A stretch of DNA of 61,680 bases, filler included. It is 4 parts of 4 records of this genome, joined end to end, with 100 filler letters (N's around TTAATTAATTAA, not from the genome) between each part and the next. Parts side by side here need not be neighbours in the genome. Positions count along the whole stretch, not along the records: positions 1 to 17,274 come from SRR20825006_2526; 3 more parts are not named here. One strand, 5' to 3'. A program made the position numbers and the translations under genes. Of the stretch, positions 1-9,984 are shown one piece after another (position 1 is the first letter of the stretch; every line of letters begins with the position of its first letter). A model generated the notes under the pieces. That model did no database searches. It was not told the DNA's origin and worked only from the letters and a program-made list of their open reading frames with translations.

Positions 1-798
1 GTTATTATTTGGATTACCTGTTCCGCTTTGTGTAACTTTAAAGGTTGTTTTAGTATCATCTTCAGAAGTATGCGTATACGTTCCATCTCCGTTATCTTTT
101 AAAACAGTTATCGTTTCATTCGCTTTAACGATATCTCCTAAATTAATGGTTTGCTCAGCACCATTTTCATCTATATATGTAAAGTTATTACCATCATAAT
201 AAACATTACCACCTATATTATTAATTAGATTAGTAATCTCATTCCTTACATTTTCATTTTTGATGATTTCCCCAAATTGGTTGATTACATCCGCAGGTAC
301 CTGAATAGTAGTTACCGTTCCGTCTTCGGAGGTATGTGTATACGTTCCATCTCCGTTATCCTTTAAAACAGTTACGGTTTCATTAGCCTTTACAATATCT
401 TCAAAACTTATATTTTGAAGATTCCCTTCATTATCAATATAGTTAAATGTCTCCTCTAATGGATTGTATATAACAATGTTATCTGGGAGCCCCCCAGTAC
501 CATTAACATCGTTTGCATTAAGAATACGAAGCCATTTATCTACATACCAATAATAGTACCCCGGTATTAAATCGGTAGTAGTAGCTGTATTAAAAACTAA
601 CAAACTGTTAACATTACCGTTAACTATAGTACTTGAATCTGTTGTACTTTTGAGTGCAAGTCTCGGAATAAGCAACCCCTTGTCTTGGGCTTCAACATCT
701 AGTTGAGAGGAACTATTGGGATATGTATTTCCTATCCCAACTTGAGAATAGGAAAAATAGCCAATAGTTAATGCTAGAAAAAGTAATAATTTTTTCAT
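1..798 (-). CDS. Secreted Flavobacteriaceae repeat-containing surface protein, 3' end runs off the window (absent from the ORF track)
   Basis: Manual translation from ATG at 798: MKKLLLFLALTIGYFSYSQVGIGNTYPNSSSQLDVEAQDKGLLIPRLAL...PGYYYW. This is a signal peptide followed by the QVGIG..P...LDV...DKG.LIPR N-terminal motif common in flavobacterial secreted proteins, then ET(V/I)TVLKDNGDGTYTHTSED repeats 264 bp apart. Confidence 0.85.
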   Translation of the reverse strand, partial: MKKLLLFLALTIGYFSYSQVGIGNTYPNSSSQLDVEAQDKGLLIPRLALKSTTDSSTIVNGNVNSLLVFNTATTTDLIPGYYYWYVDKWLRILNANDVNGTGGLPDNIVIYNPLEETFNYIDNEGNLQNISFEDIVKANETVTVLKDNGDGTYTHTSEDGTVTTIQVPADVINQFGEIIKNENVRNEITNLINNIGGNVYYDGNNFTYIDENGAEQTINLGDIVKANETITVLKDNGDGTYTHTSEDDTKTTFKVTQSGTGNPNNN

Positions 799-1316
799 TC
801 GTTATATCGTAATTTATTTTATATAGTTTAGCCTTCACTTATTAAGAAACCCAATCATCATTTTCGTCACTCATAATTGACTCCTATTAGACTAAAAGCG
901 ATATAAAATCGATAAACTACTTACAAAACCTTCTTTTTCATCCTAAAAATCATAAAGAATTCTCTTTCAAATCATTATTAATAGTATTAAAAACTTTAAT
1001 TTTTGAACTATTCTTAAAGAATGAAGATATATTTTAAGTTAATAAAAATGTTCAAAAAAATAGACTAAATTCTAATAATACTCAAGTAAATTAGAGTGTA
1101 AAAACAACTACTACCTAGTTGAAAAAAATCTACATTACGCTATGATTTTAGCCCTCAGTATAGCTTAGTAAGCAGTTTAAATTTGTAACTTAAAAGCTGA
1201 ATATTAAAATTGAAGAGAAATTACATTGTGTAGTCTTTAATAATAAACTAGCACGCTTACGTATATAAAGTAAAACTTAGAATTATAAAAAGTAGGAAAC
1301 TAGTTTGAAAATAATT

Positions 1317-1344
1317 TAGCCTTCTCTATTTTAAGAGAAGGCTA
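1317..1344 (-). terminator. Probable intrinsic terminator of the susC-led operon
   Basis: Perfect 11-bp inverted repeat TAGCCTTCTCT-N6-AGAGAAGGCTA about 35 bp downstream of the stop at 1378. Confidence 0.7.
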
Positions 1345-1377
1345 TTATACTATTGTAAAACCTTAACTAATTTATGT

Positions 1378-2454
1378 TTAAGGATTTGTTATTTTTAAAT
1401 CAGCACCTTTCATAGTTTTGGTATCGATTTTGGTATTTAAGATATTTAAAATAGTAGGTGCAATTTGATTACTGTATAATTGCTCATCATGTTTAACTTC
1501 TCCCAATGTATTTACATTAGCACCAAAAGCAATTAACCACACCTCATCTGCTCCCTTAATATCTCTTCCGTGACTTCTCCATGTTTTTAAAGGCGTTGTA
1601 CCACGACCATGATCTGTAGTAATTATAAAAGTTGTATTGTCTTTATAAAAAGGATCTGCTTGTACATATTCCCATAAATCTTTTATAAAAGAATCTGTAG
1701 TATGTGCCGATTTTAAATATGCTTCATAATGACCATCATGCGCAAAATCGTCTGTTTCTCCGTAGGAAATATAAACTACCTTAGGATGCTCTTTTTGTAT
1801 GTATTCTTTTGCATAGTGATGCGTAAAAGCATCCAAACGAACACTTCCCCATGGGCTAGGAATTTCAGTCTGCAATTGATTTAAAAACTCTTCTTTTTCG
1901 GTTAAGTCACCTTCTGCATTTCTAAATCCTGCATTTACAGGGATTCCACTTCTTTCATCATTAATTATAAAAGGAAACACATCCCAACTCCCAAAGGCTG
2001 CCACCTTATTTTTAAAATCTGCTGTGTTATTTAGCAATTCTAAAATAGTAATATTAGGATTATAAATCTTATCATTACTCTTTATGTTTACATCATCTGC
2101 AGCCCCTGTTAAAATTTCATTATAACCAGGGTAAGAAAACCACATCGTGTTTGTTAAATTCACCTTACTTCCTACATTTCTATTTCCATGAATCTGTCCG
2201 CTTTCAGCTACAAAATTCCATACAAATGGAAAAAGTGCAGTTCTACGTTCTTCTGGAGTTTCCTTCCAAAACATTCTCTTTAACCCTTCTGGATTAGCTA
2301 CATATTCTTTGTTAGCTACTAACTTCTCATCTGCTCCAGTAAATAGCTCCTGCCAACGAAGGCCATCTAACGTAATTAAAATTACTTTCTGATCTTTATC
2401 TTGTGCCGAAATAAAGCTCGTTATTAATAAAAGTAGTAAACTTATCTTTTTCAT
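1378..2454 (-). CDS. Secreted alkaline-phosphatase-superfamily hydrolase
   Basis: Signal peptide; AP-superfamily metal motifs ITLDGLR, FSYPGY (putative Ser nucleophile), ETDDFAH, TTDHG. Confidence 0.85.
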   Translation of the reverse strand: MKKISLLLLLITSFISAQDKDQKVILITLDGLRWQELFTGADEKLVANKEYVANPEGLKRMFWKETPEERRTALFPFVWNFVAESGQIHGNRNVGSKVNLTNTMWFSYPGYNEILTGAADDVNIKSNDKIYNPNITILELLNNTADFKNKVAAFGSWDVFPFIINDERSGIPVNAGFRNAEGDLTEKEEFLNQLQTEIPSPWGSVRLDAFTHHYAKEYIQKEHPKVVYISYGETDDFAHDGHYEAYLKSAHTTDSFIKDLWEYVQADPFYKDNTTFIITTDHGRGTTPLKTWRSHGRDIKGADEVWLIAFGANVNTLGEVKHDEQLYSNQIAPTILNILNTKIDTKTMKGADLKITNP

Positions 2455-2555
2455 TTGTTAATATTTATTGATTTAAAAAGTCAGATGTGATACCCTCAAT
2501 TATCATATCGATTGATTTGATAAAACTGCTAATGGGTATTTCATATTTTTATTTT

Positions 2556-4154
2556 TTATTTTGTTGTAAAAGTTGCGGTTTTAGACCAATCACTCCAATT
2601 TAAATTTTGATCTCTATAACGTACGCGCCAGAAATATTTAGTGTTAGATTTTAATAAAGGCATTTTCTCATCTGTAAGATCATCATCCTTTTGTCGGTTT
2701 TCATTATAATACCAATTTTGGTATTGCTTCCATCTATCTACTATAATATTAGAAAATTCAGCATCGGTAGCTAATTGCCAATTTGAAGCTGCATGAAAAC
2801 TATCTTTATAATCGCTTTCATAACCTCCCGCCTTCAACATTACATCTTTAATTGCTATATGCTCTCCCATTGGACTTTCTATTATTGGAGCGTAAGGCAA
2901 GCGTTTTTTCTTATAAATTACCATACTATCTGTAACCTCATTGTTTCTAGATTGTACAGTATTTCCCCTACTAACTCTTTTTACAACAAACTTAGGATTT
3001 TCTGGGTTTGGATCTACCTCTACCATTACAAATCCATACTCATCTTGAGTTACAGTAAATTCATCATAATCTCGTCCTTCAAATTCTCCCCAATTATCTA
3101 TAGCTCCTCCAGCAGAAGCTACATTAATCCACAAATGTTTATGTTCTTTAGATTGCCCTCTTGAATACCCATGTGTATGTCCGAAAAAATGTATGCTCGG
3201 TTTTCCAGTTTTGGTAGTAAAATTCTCTAATAATTCAACAACTTTTCCTGTGAAATCTGTCTCCCCAGGAATCCATAATTCCGATTTATGTGGATGATGT
3301 AATTGTGCAAAAACAAAATCTATTTCATTATTATTGGCTGTACGCTCTAAAAGTTCTTTTAACCAAATATACTGCTCTTTAGAGTCTCTATATCCGTCAT
3401 TTGAATTTAGCCCTATTATTCTTGTATTTCCATAATCTTTATACCACCAATGCTCGGCATAAGCTGGAGTTCCATTTTTAGGAAGACTAAAATACTTAAA
3501 ATAGAATGTAGAATTCTTTTCATGGTTCCCCAATACAGGATATACAGGTACATTTGAAAATAACTTCTTTGAAGGCTCAAAAAACTCATTTTGCCATTGT
3601 TCATATTTAGTTCCATTTTCAACTAAATCTCCAGGAATAAGCACTAAAGCCAGGTTGTCTGAAATATCTTCTCCATATTCTTTCTTCAGGTAGGTTAAAA
3701 TTCCTTCATTTACAATTTCAGCAAACTTTTCTGGTTCATTATGGTCTCTTTGCATATCGCTCATGGCTAAAACATTGAACGCTTTTTTATCTTCAGCAAA
3801 AGGAGGAGTTTTAAACTGATAAACATCTGAATACGTTTCTCCAGTTCTTACTCTATAATAATAAGTTGTAAAACGCTCTAATCCTTTAAGTGTTACCTCG
3901 TGAATTCTATGGTCGGAAAAATTAACATCGTAAGAAATTCCTGTCTCTTTTTTCTTTAAATCGGTTGTTTTGCCATACAATACTGTACTTTCTTCTCCTA
4001 CAGCTGTTTCCCACATAATAGTTATTTCTTGTGGAGAAGCGTTTTGTAAGTAAGGCGCTACTAATAAATTTTGTTTAACTGTTTGTGCATGAGTCAACAT
4101 TAAACTCAACATAAAAAAACAGATAAGCAGGCTTTTGGTATAAACTAATCTCAT
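2556..4154 (-). CDS. Secreted purple-acid-phosphatase-like (calcineurin-like) metallophosphoesterase with FN3-type domains
   Basis: Signal peptide; N-terminal HEVTLKGLERFTTYYYRV FN3 module; motifs SDMQ, GDLV, GNHE, HHP, GHTH; C-terminal YFWRVRYRD...WSDWS FN3 tail. Confidence 0.9.
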   Translation of the reverse strand: MRLVYTKSLLICFFMLSLMLTHAQTVKQNLLVAPYLQNASPQEITIMWETAVGEESTVLYGKTTDLKKKETGISYDVNFSDHRIHEVTLKGLERFTTYYYRVRTGETYSDVYQFKTPPFAEDKKAFNVLAMSDMQRDHNEPEKFAEIVNEGILTYLKKEYGEDISDNLALVLIPGDLVENGTKYEQWQNEFFEPSKKLFSNVPVYPVLGNHEKNSTFYFKYFSLPKNGTPAYAEHWWYKDYGNTRIIGLNSNDGYRDSKEQYIWLKELLERTANNNEIDFVFAQLHHPHKSELWIPGETDFTGKVVELLENFTTKTGKPSIHFFGHTHGYSRGQSKEHKHLWINVASAGGAIDNWGEFEGRDYDEFTVTQDEYGFVMVEVDPNPENPKFVVKRVSRGNTVQSRNNEVTDSMVIYKKKRLPYAPIIESPMGEHIAIKDVMLKAGGYESDYKDSFHAASNWQLATDAEFSNIIVDRWKQYQNWYYNENRQKDDDLTDEKMPLLKSNTKYFWRVRYRDQNLNWSDWSKTATFTTK

Positions 4155-4156
4155 CT

Positions 4157-5494
4157 CTATAAATTTGAAATACTGTTTTCTAAAATATGAATTGCTTTTA
4201 ACAATTCCTCTCGTGTAATTGTTAAAGGAGGCGATAATTGTAAAACATTCCCCGAAGAAACTTTAAAACTTAATCCTTCTCTTAAACAATTGTACATAAC
4301 TTTCTCGGCAGCTTCTAGGGCCTTTTCTTTAGTTAATCTATTTAAAACTAATTCAACTCCCCAAAGCATTCCAATCCCTCTTACATCTCCTATTATATCA
4401 AACTTTGTTTTTAATCTATTGAGTTCTGTTTTTAGAAAAGCTTCATCTGCTTTAACTTTCTCCAATAAACCTTCCACAATTCTAATCGTTTCCATTCCAG
4501 CTACTGCTCCAAGTGGACTTTTCTCGTGGGTGTAATGCCCCAAAGACAGTTCTCCAAATGTATTATATTTATCTCTTGTTATAACCGCTGCTTGCGGAAA
4601 TATTCCTCCCCCAAGTCCTTTTCCTAAACAAATAATATCTGGTTCTATAGAATAATGCTCAAAAGCAAACAATTTACCTGTCCTTCCTAAAGCTATTGGA
4701 ATTTCATCTAAAATAAGAAGAACCCCATATTTATCGCATAATTTGCGAGCCTCCTTCCAAAACTCTTTAGAAGGAATTTGTACGTCTGTATTTCTAATAG
4801 TTTCTGCTAAAAAAGTACCAATATCTCCTTCTTTAGCAAAAACATATTCCAAATATTCTAAACACTTGGCCTCATTATTTTCAAAAATCCCTCTATAGGT
4901 AACGGGAGGTGGAATTCTTTCTACTCCTGGCATTAGAGGCCCCATAGCTTCTCTAAAAACCGCTTCTCCTCCAACACTGATAGCATCTAAAGACGCTCCA
5001 TGAAAAGAATCCCAAAAAGAAACCACTTTAAACTTTCCTGTAATAGCTCTAGCCAATTTTAACGCTATTCCAATTGCAGAGCTTCCATTGGGCGTTAATA
5101 AAACTCTATTTAAATCTGATGGAGCTATAGACGCTAATTTCTCAGCAAATAAAACGGCTGGTTCATTGGTATACCTTCTTGTAGAAAAAGAAAGTGTTTT
5201 TAATTGCGCTATTAATTTTTGAATTAATTCCTCATTTCCAAAACCTATTTGATGCACATTATTACCATGAAAATCCAAATATTTATTTCCAGACAAATTC
5301 TCTATATAACTATTTTTAGATGATTTTAAAACATCCAAACAAGGAGTAGACATAGATTGATGCATAAAATAACGTTCGTCCTTTTCTAAAATTAACTGTG
5401 TATGCTTATCCTTTTCTCGAAGGTTCCATTTTTCCCTTTCTGAAGTAGTATTAATATCTCCTTCTGTTCTTTTATTAATTTCACCTTGCTTCAT
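4157..5494 (-). CDS. pbfA: Class-III PLP enzyme, (R)-1-hydroxy-2-aminoethylphosphonate ammonia-lyase (PbfA) type
   Basis: Subfamily motifs EGDIN, HQSMSTPCLD, DFHGNNVHQ, WDSFHGASLDAISVGGE, MGPLMPGVERIPP, GHYTHEKSP; PLP lysine in LGKGLGGG; phosphonate gene context. Start taken at ATG 5494 rather than TTG 5503. Confidence 0.8.
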   Translation of the reverse strand: MKQGEINKRTEGDINTTSEREKWNLREKDKHTQLILEKDERYFMHQSMSTPCLDVLKSSKNSYIENLSGNKYLDFHGNNVHQIGFGNEELIQKLIAQLKTLSFSTRRYTNEPAVLFAEKLASIAPSDLNRVLLTPNGSSAIGIALKLARAITGKFKVVSFWDSFHGASLDAISVGGEAVFREAMGPLMPGVERIPPPVTYRGIFENNEAKCLEYLEYVFAKEGDIGTFLAETIRNTDVQIPSKEFWKEARKLCDKYGVLLILDEIPIALGRTGKLFAFEHYSIEPDIICLGKGLGGGIFPQAAVITRDKYNTFGELSLGHYTHEKSPLGAVAGMETIRIVEGLLEKVKADEAFLKTELNRLKTKFDIIGDVRGIGMLWGVELVLNRLTKEKALEAAEKVMYNCLREGLSFKVSSGNVLQLSPPLTITREELLKAIHILENSISNL

Positions 5495-6743
5495 AAGGAC
5501 CAAATTTATTTACCACATTACGCTTTTCATCTTTATCATTCAAAATGTAAACATTGTATTTTTTTCCATCATTATAAACCCTTACTACAATATGTCCTTC
5601 CTGACTTTTATACGCATCTAAGCGATTGCCTATTACTTTTTTATTTGCAGCTAGCATTACTGTTGAAAACACATCTCGCTCCCCAGGATATATTTCTTTA
5701 CTAAGTATTCTTCTGAGCACTTCTTCTCCAGGATGATCTGACGACCAATTTTGTTGTACCCATACTCGAGGACGAAGTGTTCTTACATAAAATGCATTTT
5801 GAGAATCTCTATTTCCATGATGATTTAAGGTAGCAACATCAACAGGGCCTACAACAGGAGCAATATTGGATTCTAGGGAATTAAAATCGGTTGCCCCTAT
5901 TGCATTTACCCCGCTAATATCTCCTCCGGTATAATAATCAAACAAACCAAATGAAATTTTTATAACGGTACTTAAATTATTTTCAGAAGGAGAATCTCCT
6001 TCTGAAAATAATGCGTAGTAATTTTCCTTTTCTCCTGTCCAGACATTACCATTTACAGCAATATTTCTGACAGAAAAACTCTTATAATTTTCAGGATTAT
6101 ATAACAGTCTTATTTGATTTAGCATTCCTGCTTTTAGAACAGAATGTTTCAATCCATTTTTAGAGTGTACATCACTATACTTCCAATAATTTTTCAAAGT
6201 TGGAATTATATGATATTTATCTGCAGATAGCTCCTTTTGAACCTGTTCATCTTTTAAATCTATAGGAAACTGAGAACCTCTATCTATTAAGTTTTTAATA
6301 GGAATAGCATCTCCAACAGCAACAATTCCGGTTAATTGATACTTCCCTTTTTTAGAATATAACCGTGTACTATCTACTTCTCCAAAATGATCATCATGAT
6401 AATGCGTAATCAAGGCATAATCTAAAGTCTGCCCTTTTGGTTTTGGATGAAATTGATTTATATAATCTACAATCCATTCAGGAGCAGTTTTACTTCTATT
6501 AGGAAGCAATTTTGCATTTCTATCAGACAAAGTTCTTGGATGTGTTTCTGAGGTATCACCTGCATCTATAAGCAAAGTAGTTCCATCTGGAAAAACACAA
6601 AAAGTAGCGTCTCCTCTACCAGTGTTTATATGATGAATTTCTAAAATACCAGGTTCCCAATTTGGGTACGTCTCTTGAGAGATTCCTTTATAAAAGCACA
6701 GAATGAATAAAAAATATAAAGCTAGTTTTATAGTTGTTTGCAC
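5481..6743 (-). CDS. Secreted ComEC/Pce-like metallo-beta-lactamase-fold hydrolase
   Basis: GTG start, signal peptide; LEIHHINTGRGDA, LLIDAGD, THYHDDH (HxHxDH), YTGGD and LNHHG motifs. Confidence 0.85.
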   Translation of the reverse strand: MQTTIKLALYFLFILCFYKGISQETYPNWEPGILEIHHINTGRGDATFCVFPDGTTLLIDAGDTSETHPRTLSDRNAKLLPNRSKTAPEWIVDYINQFHPKPKGQTLDYALITHYHDDHFGEVDSTRLYSKKGKYQLTGIVAVGDAIPIKNLIDRGSQFPIDLKDEQVQKELSADKYHIIPTLKNYWKYSDVHSKNGLKHSVLKAGMLNQIRLLYNPENYKSFSVRNIAVNGNVWTGEKENYYALFSEGDSPSENNLSTVIKISFGLFDYYTGGDISGVNAIGATDFNSLESNIAPVVGPVDVATLNHHGNRDSQNAFYVRTLRPRVWVQQNWSSDHPGEEVLRRILSKEIYPGERDVFSTVMLAANKKVIGNRLDAYKSQEGHIVVRVYNDGKKYNVYILNDKDEKRNVVNKFGPYEAR

Positions 6744-6750
6744 GCTGTTT

Positions 6751-8388
6751 TTAATTTAAAAGTTCTGTAGAAACTAGTTGCTTTGGATTTTTACCATCTT
6801 TATAATAAACATCTAACCAACCATCTCCTCCCCCATTAAACCAAGCTACTCTTATAGCATGTTCTCCAGCATTAAGCTTAACAGTTCCAGATTTTTCTAG
6901 TACCCCATGGTCGCCATCATTAGCTACTACCAACTCATTATCAATCCATAGTTTACTCCCATCATCAGATCTAGTGTAGAAAGTATAATTAGCTGCTTTT
7001 TTAATATCTATAATTGCTGTATAAATTACTGCTGTGTTCTCTTTTATCTTCTCTTTTATTTCTTCTGAAGTGATTTCATAGGTGTTACCACTATCATCTG
7101 GAGTTTTATTGGACAGTTCAGGAAGAGAAGTAAGATTCACTAAATAATAAATTTTATAAGATACTCTCTTTCTATCATCATGACGAATTCTAAAAAAGGC
7201 TTCGCTTAAGGGACTCGATATTTTCCCCTTTAAAAATATTGCTGCTTTTACTACTTTATTGTCGGTTATATCAATAATACCCTCATATACTGTTGAATTT
7301 TTTGTAGGCATCGACCCATCCAAAGTATATCTAATAACACCTTCTTTATTTGGATTTATTATTTCCAATTTCGTTTCATTAAAAAAAAGACCTCCTGCTC
7401 TTTTATTCAAACTAGCTTCTGGCTTTATTATGGGAGCTACCAAACGATCTTCAATAAGATAGTCATCACCCTTTATTTCATTCCCTTCAAACAATGACAG
7501 AACAGGCTTTCCTATCCATGCTGTAGGCGTTTTAACACCTAATGCATAGGCAACGGTAGCAGCATTGTCATATTGATATACGGGCGTTTTAATTTCATAT
7601 CCCTTTTTAACTGATTTCCCCCAGGCAATAAATGGGATTTCAATTTCTGCTAAAGACTCCCCTCCATGTCCTTTTCCTACTCCACCATGATCCGAAGAAA
7701 TAATAACTAATGTATTTTCTAGTATTCCAGCTTTTTTAATTGCCGATAAAACCTCTCCTAATAATTTATCTCCTTTTGTAACCGATTCATAGTATTCTGG
7801 TGTTCCATGTCCGTATTCATGACCAGCATGATCAATATGGTCAAAATGAATAAAAGTAAAAGTCGGTTTTTTGTTCTTAATATAACTACTTGCTACGGCG
7901 GCAGTCTGTTCTTCTGTGTCTGCATGAATATCAAAATTAACAGCACTTTTCTCAAACAATCTACCAAAATCGCCCCAATGATAGATAGCACCTATCTCTG
8001 TATTTTCTTTTTGCTTATTTATTAAATTAAAGACTGTAGGAAACAAAAAATCTTCCCCTTGAACTACTGTAGGTAACTCAAAATTGTCTTTATTCCACGC
8101 ATTAGATGTAATTCCATGTTGAGAAGGGCTAGCTCCCATTATCATAGATGCCCAATTAGAACTAGAACTTGTAGGAAGTACGGCTCTTGCTCGCATGGTA
8201 GAAGCCCCTTCAGCAATAACCTTATCAAAATTAGGTGTGGAAGCATTTCTAATCCCATCTGGACTAAGTCCATCAAACCCAATTACAACAACATGTTTAA
8301 TTTCTCTGTTCTCAGTAGAATTATTATGGCAAGACCACAAGCCTAAAAGACTTGTGGTTACCATAAAAATGATTTTTTTAAATTTCAT
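6751..8388 (-). CDS. Lipoprotein: nucleotide pyrophosphatase/phosphodiesterase-type AP domain + Fn3-associated domain + PA14 domain
   Basis: Lipobox LWSC; GFDGL, PTSSSSNW, DHIDHAGH, SSDHGG; IRYTLDGSMPT (Fn3-associated); YTFYTRSDDGSKLWIDNELVVANDGDHG (PA14). Confidence 0.88.
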   Translation of the reverse strand: MKFKKIIFMVTTSLLGLWSCHNNSTENREIKHVVVIGFDGLSPDGIRNASTPNFDKVIAEGASTMRARAVLPTSSSSNWASMIMGASPSQHGITSNAWNKDNFELPTVVQGEDFLFPTVFNLINKQKENTEIGAIYHWGDFGRLFEKSAVNFDIHADTEEQTAAVASSYIKNKKPTFTFIHFDHIDHAGHEYGHGTPEYYESVTKGDKLLGEVLSAIKKAGILENTLVIISSDHGGVGKGHGGESLAEIEIPFIAWGKSVKKGYEIKTPVYQYDNAATVAYALGVKTPTAWIGKPVLSLFEGNEIKGDDYLIEDRLVAPIIKPEASLNKRAGGLFFNETKLEIINPNKEGVIRYTLDGSMPTKNSTVYEGIIDITDNKVVKAAIFLKGKISSPLSEAFFRIRHDDRKRVSYKIYYLVNLTSLPELSNKTPDDSGNTYEITSEEIKEKIKENTAVIYTAIIDIKKAANYTFYTRSDDGSKLWIDNELVVANDGDHGVLEKSGTVKLNAGEHAIRVAWFNGGGDGWLDVYYKDGKNPKQLVSTELLN

Positions 8389-8393
8389 AGATA

Positions 8394-9974
8394 TTAATTA
8401 TTCACAGACACATCCCACCAAAGCAATGTATTTAGATTATCTCCTCCCATTCTGCTCACAGCCTCTTGGTAGTTTGCATTGTTTGTAGATTTTACTGAAT
8501 TTGGATATTGAAAACGAACTGGCACTTTCCCTCCGTTAGCAGCATCTGGACCAGGCACTATTGCTGGCATATTGGTACGTCTCCAATCCGACCAAGCTTC
8601 AAAACCTGTGTAGAAAAGTGAAATCCATTTTTGCATAGCCACTTTCCCTAGTTTTTCTTCGGAAGTTCCTGTATAAGCTACTTTTTCTTGATTTATATAT
8701 GCATCTACATCAAAACTTGCCAAGCTTGTAGCTATTTCATTCCAACCTCCAGCATTAATTCTTTCTAGATAATACTCAAATGAAGCATAAATTCCATTTT
8801 CATAATACTGCTCTGATGTCCCTGCAGTAATAAAATTTTTCTCGCGAGCTTCCGCTAAAATAAACTGAAGTTCAGAATAACTCATTATAATAGTTTGAGA
8901 AGCTGTTGGAGAAGCATTTTCAGGATCACATGCTCTACATGTAAGTAAAACCCCCAAACGAGAAATAAAATTAGAACCCGATTTTTGTGGATCCCCAGAA
9001 GGACTATATGCCAATGCATCTTCATCATTTAAACCATTTGGCATCCCTACATAATCGTCCATATTATCCGAATAAATCCCTTTTCCTGATGCCGAAGTAG
9101 GCTGGGCAAAAACAATTAATCTTTGGTCGTTTAAATCCTTTAGCCTAGTTTCTAAAGTAGTACTTAACCTTACCTCATCATAACTTCCAGATCGAGTAGT
9201 AAATTTAGGCTGTGGATTATCAGAATTCCATTGTATCACTGCAGCATCTCCATTGCTTTCAAAAATTGGAAATTCTGAAGGAGCATTTGTTATTTCCTTC
9301 ATTTCCGAAATTGCTCTCGCTTTATCTACATCACTAATTCTCATTAATAATCTTAATCGCAAAGAGTTTGAGAACTTTCTCCATTTAGTAACATCTCCAT
9401 TGTAAAGAATATCCCCAGAGATAGTAGCAGCTCCTTTTAATAAATTATTTGCAACAGTAAGATCTGTAATTAGTCCATCATAAATTTCACTTTGTGGTGT
9501 AAATTCTGGTGTAATATTATCTTCTCTTATTCCTTTTGTTGCTTGTGTGTATGGCACATCTCCATAAGCATCTGTTAAGTAAGAATAAATCCAAGATTTT
9601 ACTATTAAAGCAACAGCTAAGTAATTTTCTTGTCCTTTTACACCTTCCGTAGATTCTATAATATTCTCAACATCTCTAAGCGCATCATAGGCATCGTTAT
9701 ATGGGTTTCCTGTTGGCGACCAATTATAGCGATCTCCACTTGTAAACTGTAGTCTTGCTCCATATTGTGCAACTGTAAAGCCTTGTTCCCAGCCCATATT
9801 ACCCCAATTGTAAGACATTTGTCTTAAAATCCCTGGCAATAATAATTCTGATGCTGCCTTTTCAGGATAATTAGGATTTGCATTTATTTCTTCAAAATCT
9901 TTAGTACAGGCATTTAATGAAAGTATCATTGTAGCCCCTAAAAATAGCTTCTTTATAAATTGATTTTTCTTCAT
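8394..9974 (-). CDS. susD: SusD/RagB family nutrient-binding outer-membrane lipoprotein
   Basis: Lipobox LNAC, CTKDFEEINANPN, LTDAYGDVPY, FEAWSDWRRT, C-terminal LWWD; immediately downstream of susC. Confidence 0.95.
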   Translation of the reverse strand: MKKNQFIKKLFLGATMILSLNACTKDFEEINANPNYPEKAASELLLPGILRQMSYNWGNMGWEQGFTVAQYGARLQFTSGDRYNWSPTGNPYNDAYDALRDVENIIESTEGVKGQENYLAVALIVKSWIYSYLTDAYGDVPYTQATKGIREDNITPEFTPQSEIYDGLITDLTVANNLLKGAATISGDILYNGDVTKWRKFSNSLRLRLLMRISDVDKARAISEMKEITNAPSEFPIFESNGDAAVIQWNSDNPQPKFTTRSGSYDEVRLSTTLETRLKDLNDQRLIVFAQPTSASGKGIYSDNMDDYVGMPNGLNDEDALAYSPSGDPQKSGSNFISRLGVLLTCRACDPENASPTASQTIIMSYSELQFILAEAREKNFITAGTSEQYYENGIYASFEYYLERINAGGWNEIATSLASFDVDAYINQEKVAYTGTSEEKLGKVAMQKWISLFYTGFEAWSDWRRTNMPAIVPGPDAANGGKVPVRFQYPNSVKSTNNANYQEAVSRMGGDNLNTLLWWDVSVNN

Positions 9975-9984
9975 TTCTATTGAA

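Noticed and set aside
2484-2509. Small hairpin GATGTGATA-N8-TATCATATC between two hydrolase genes
   Set aside because: Weak AT-rich stem with a mismatch; not distinguishable from chance.
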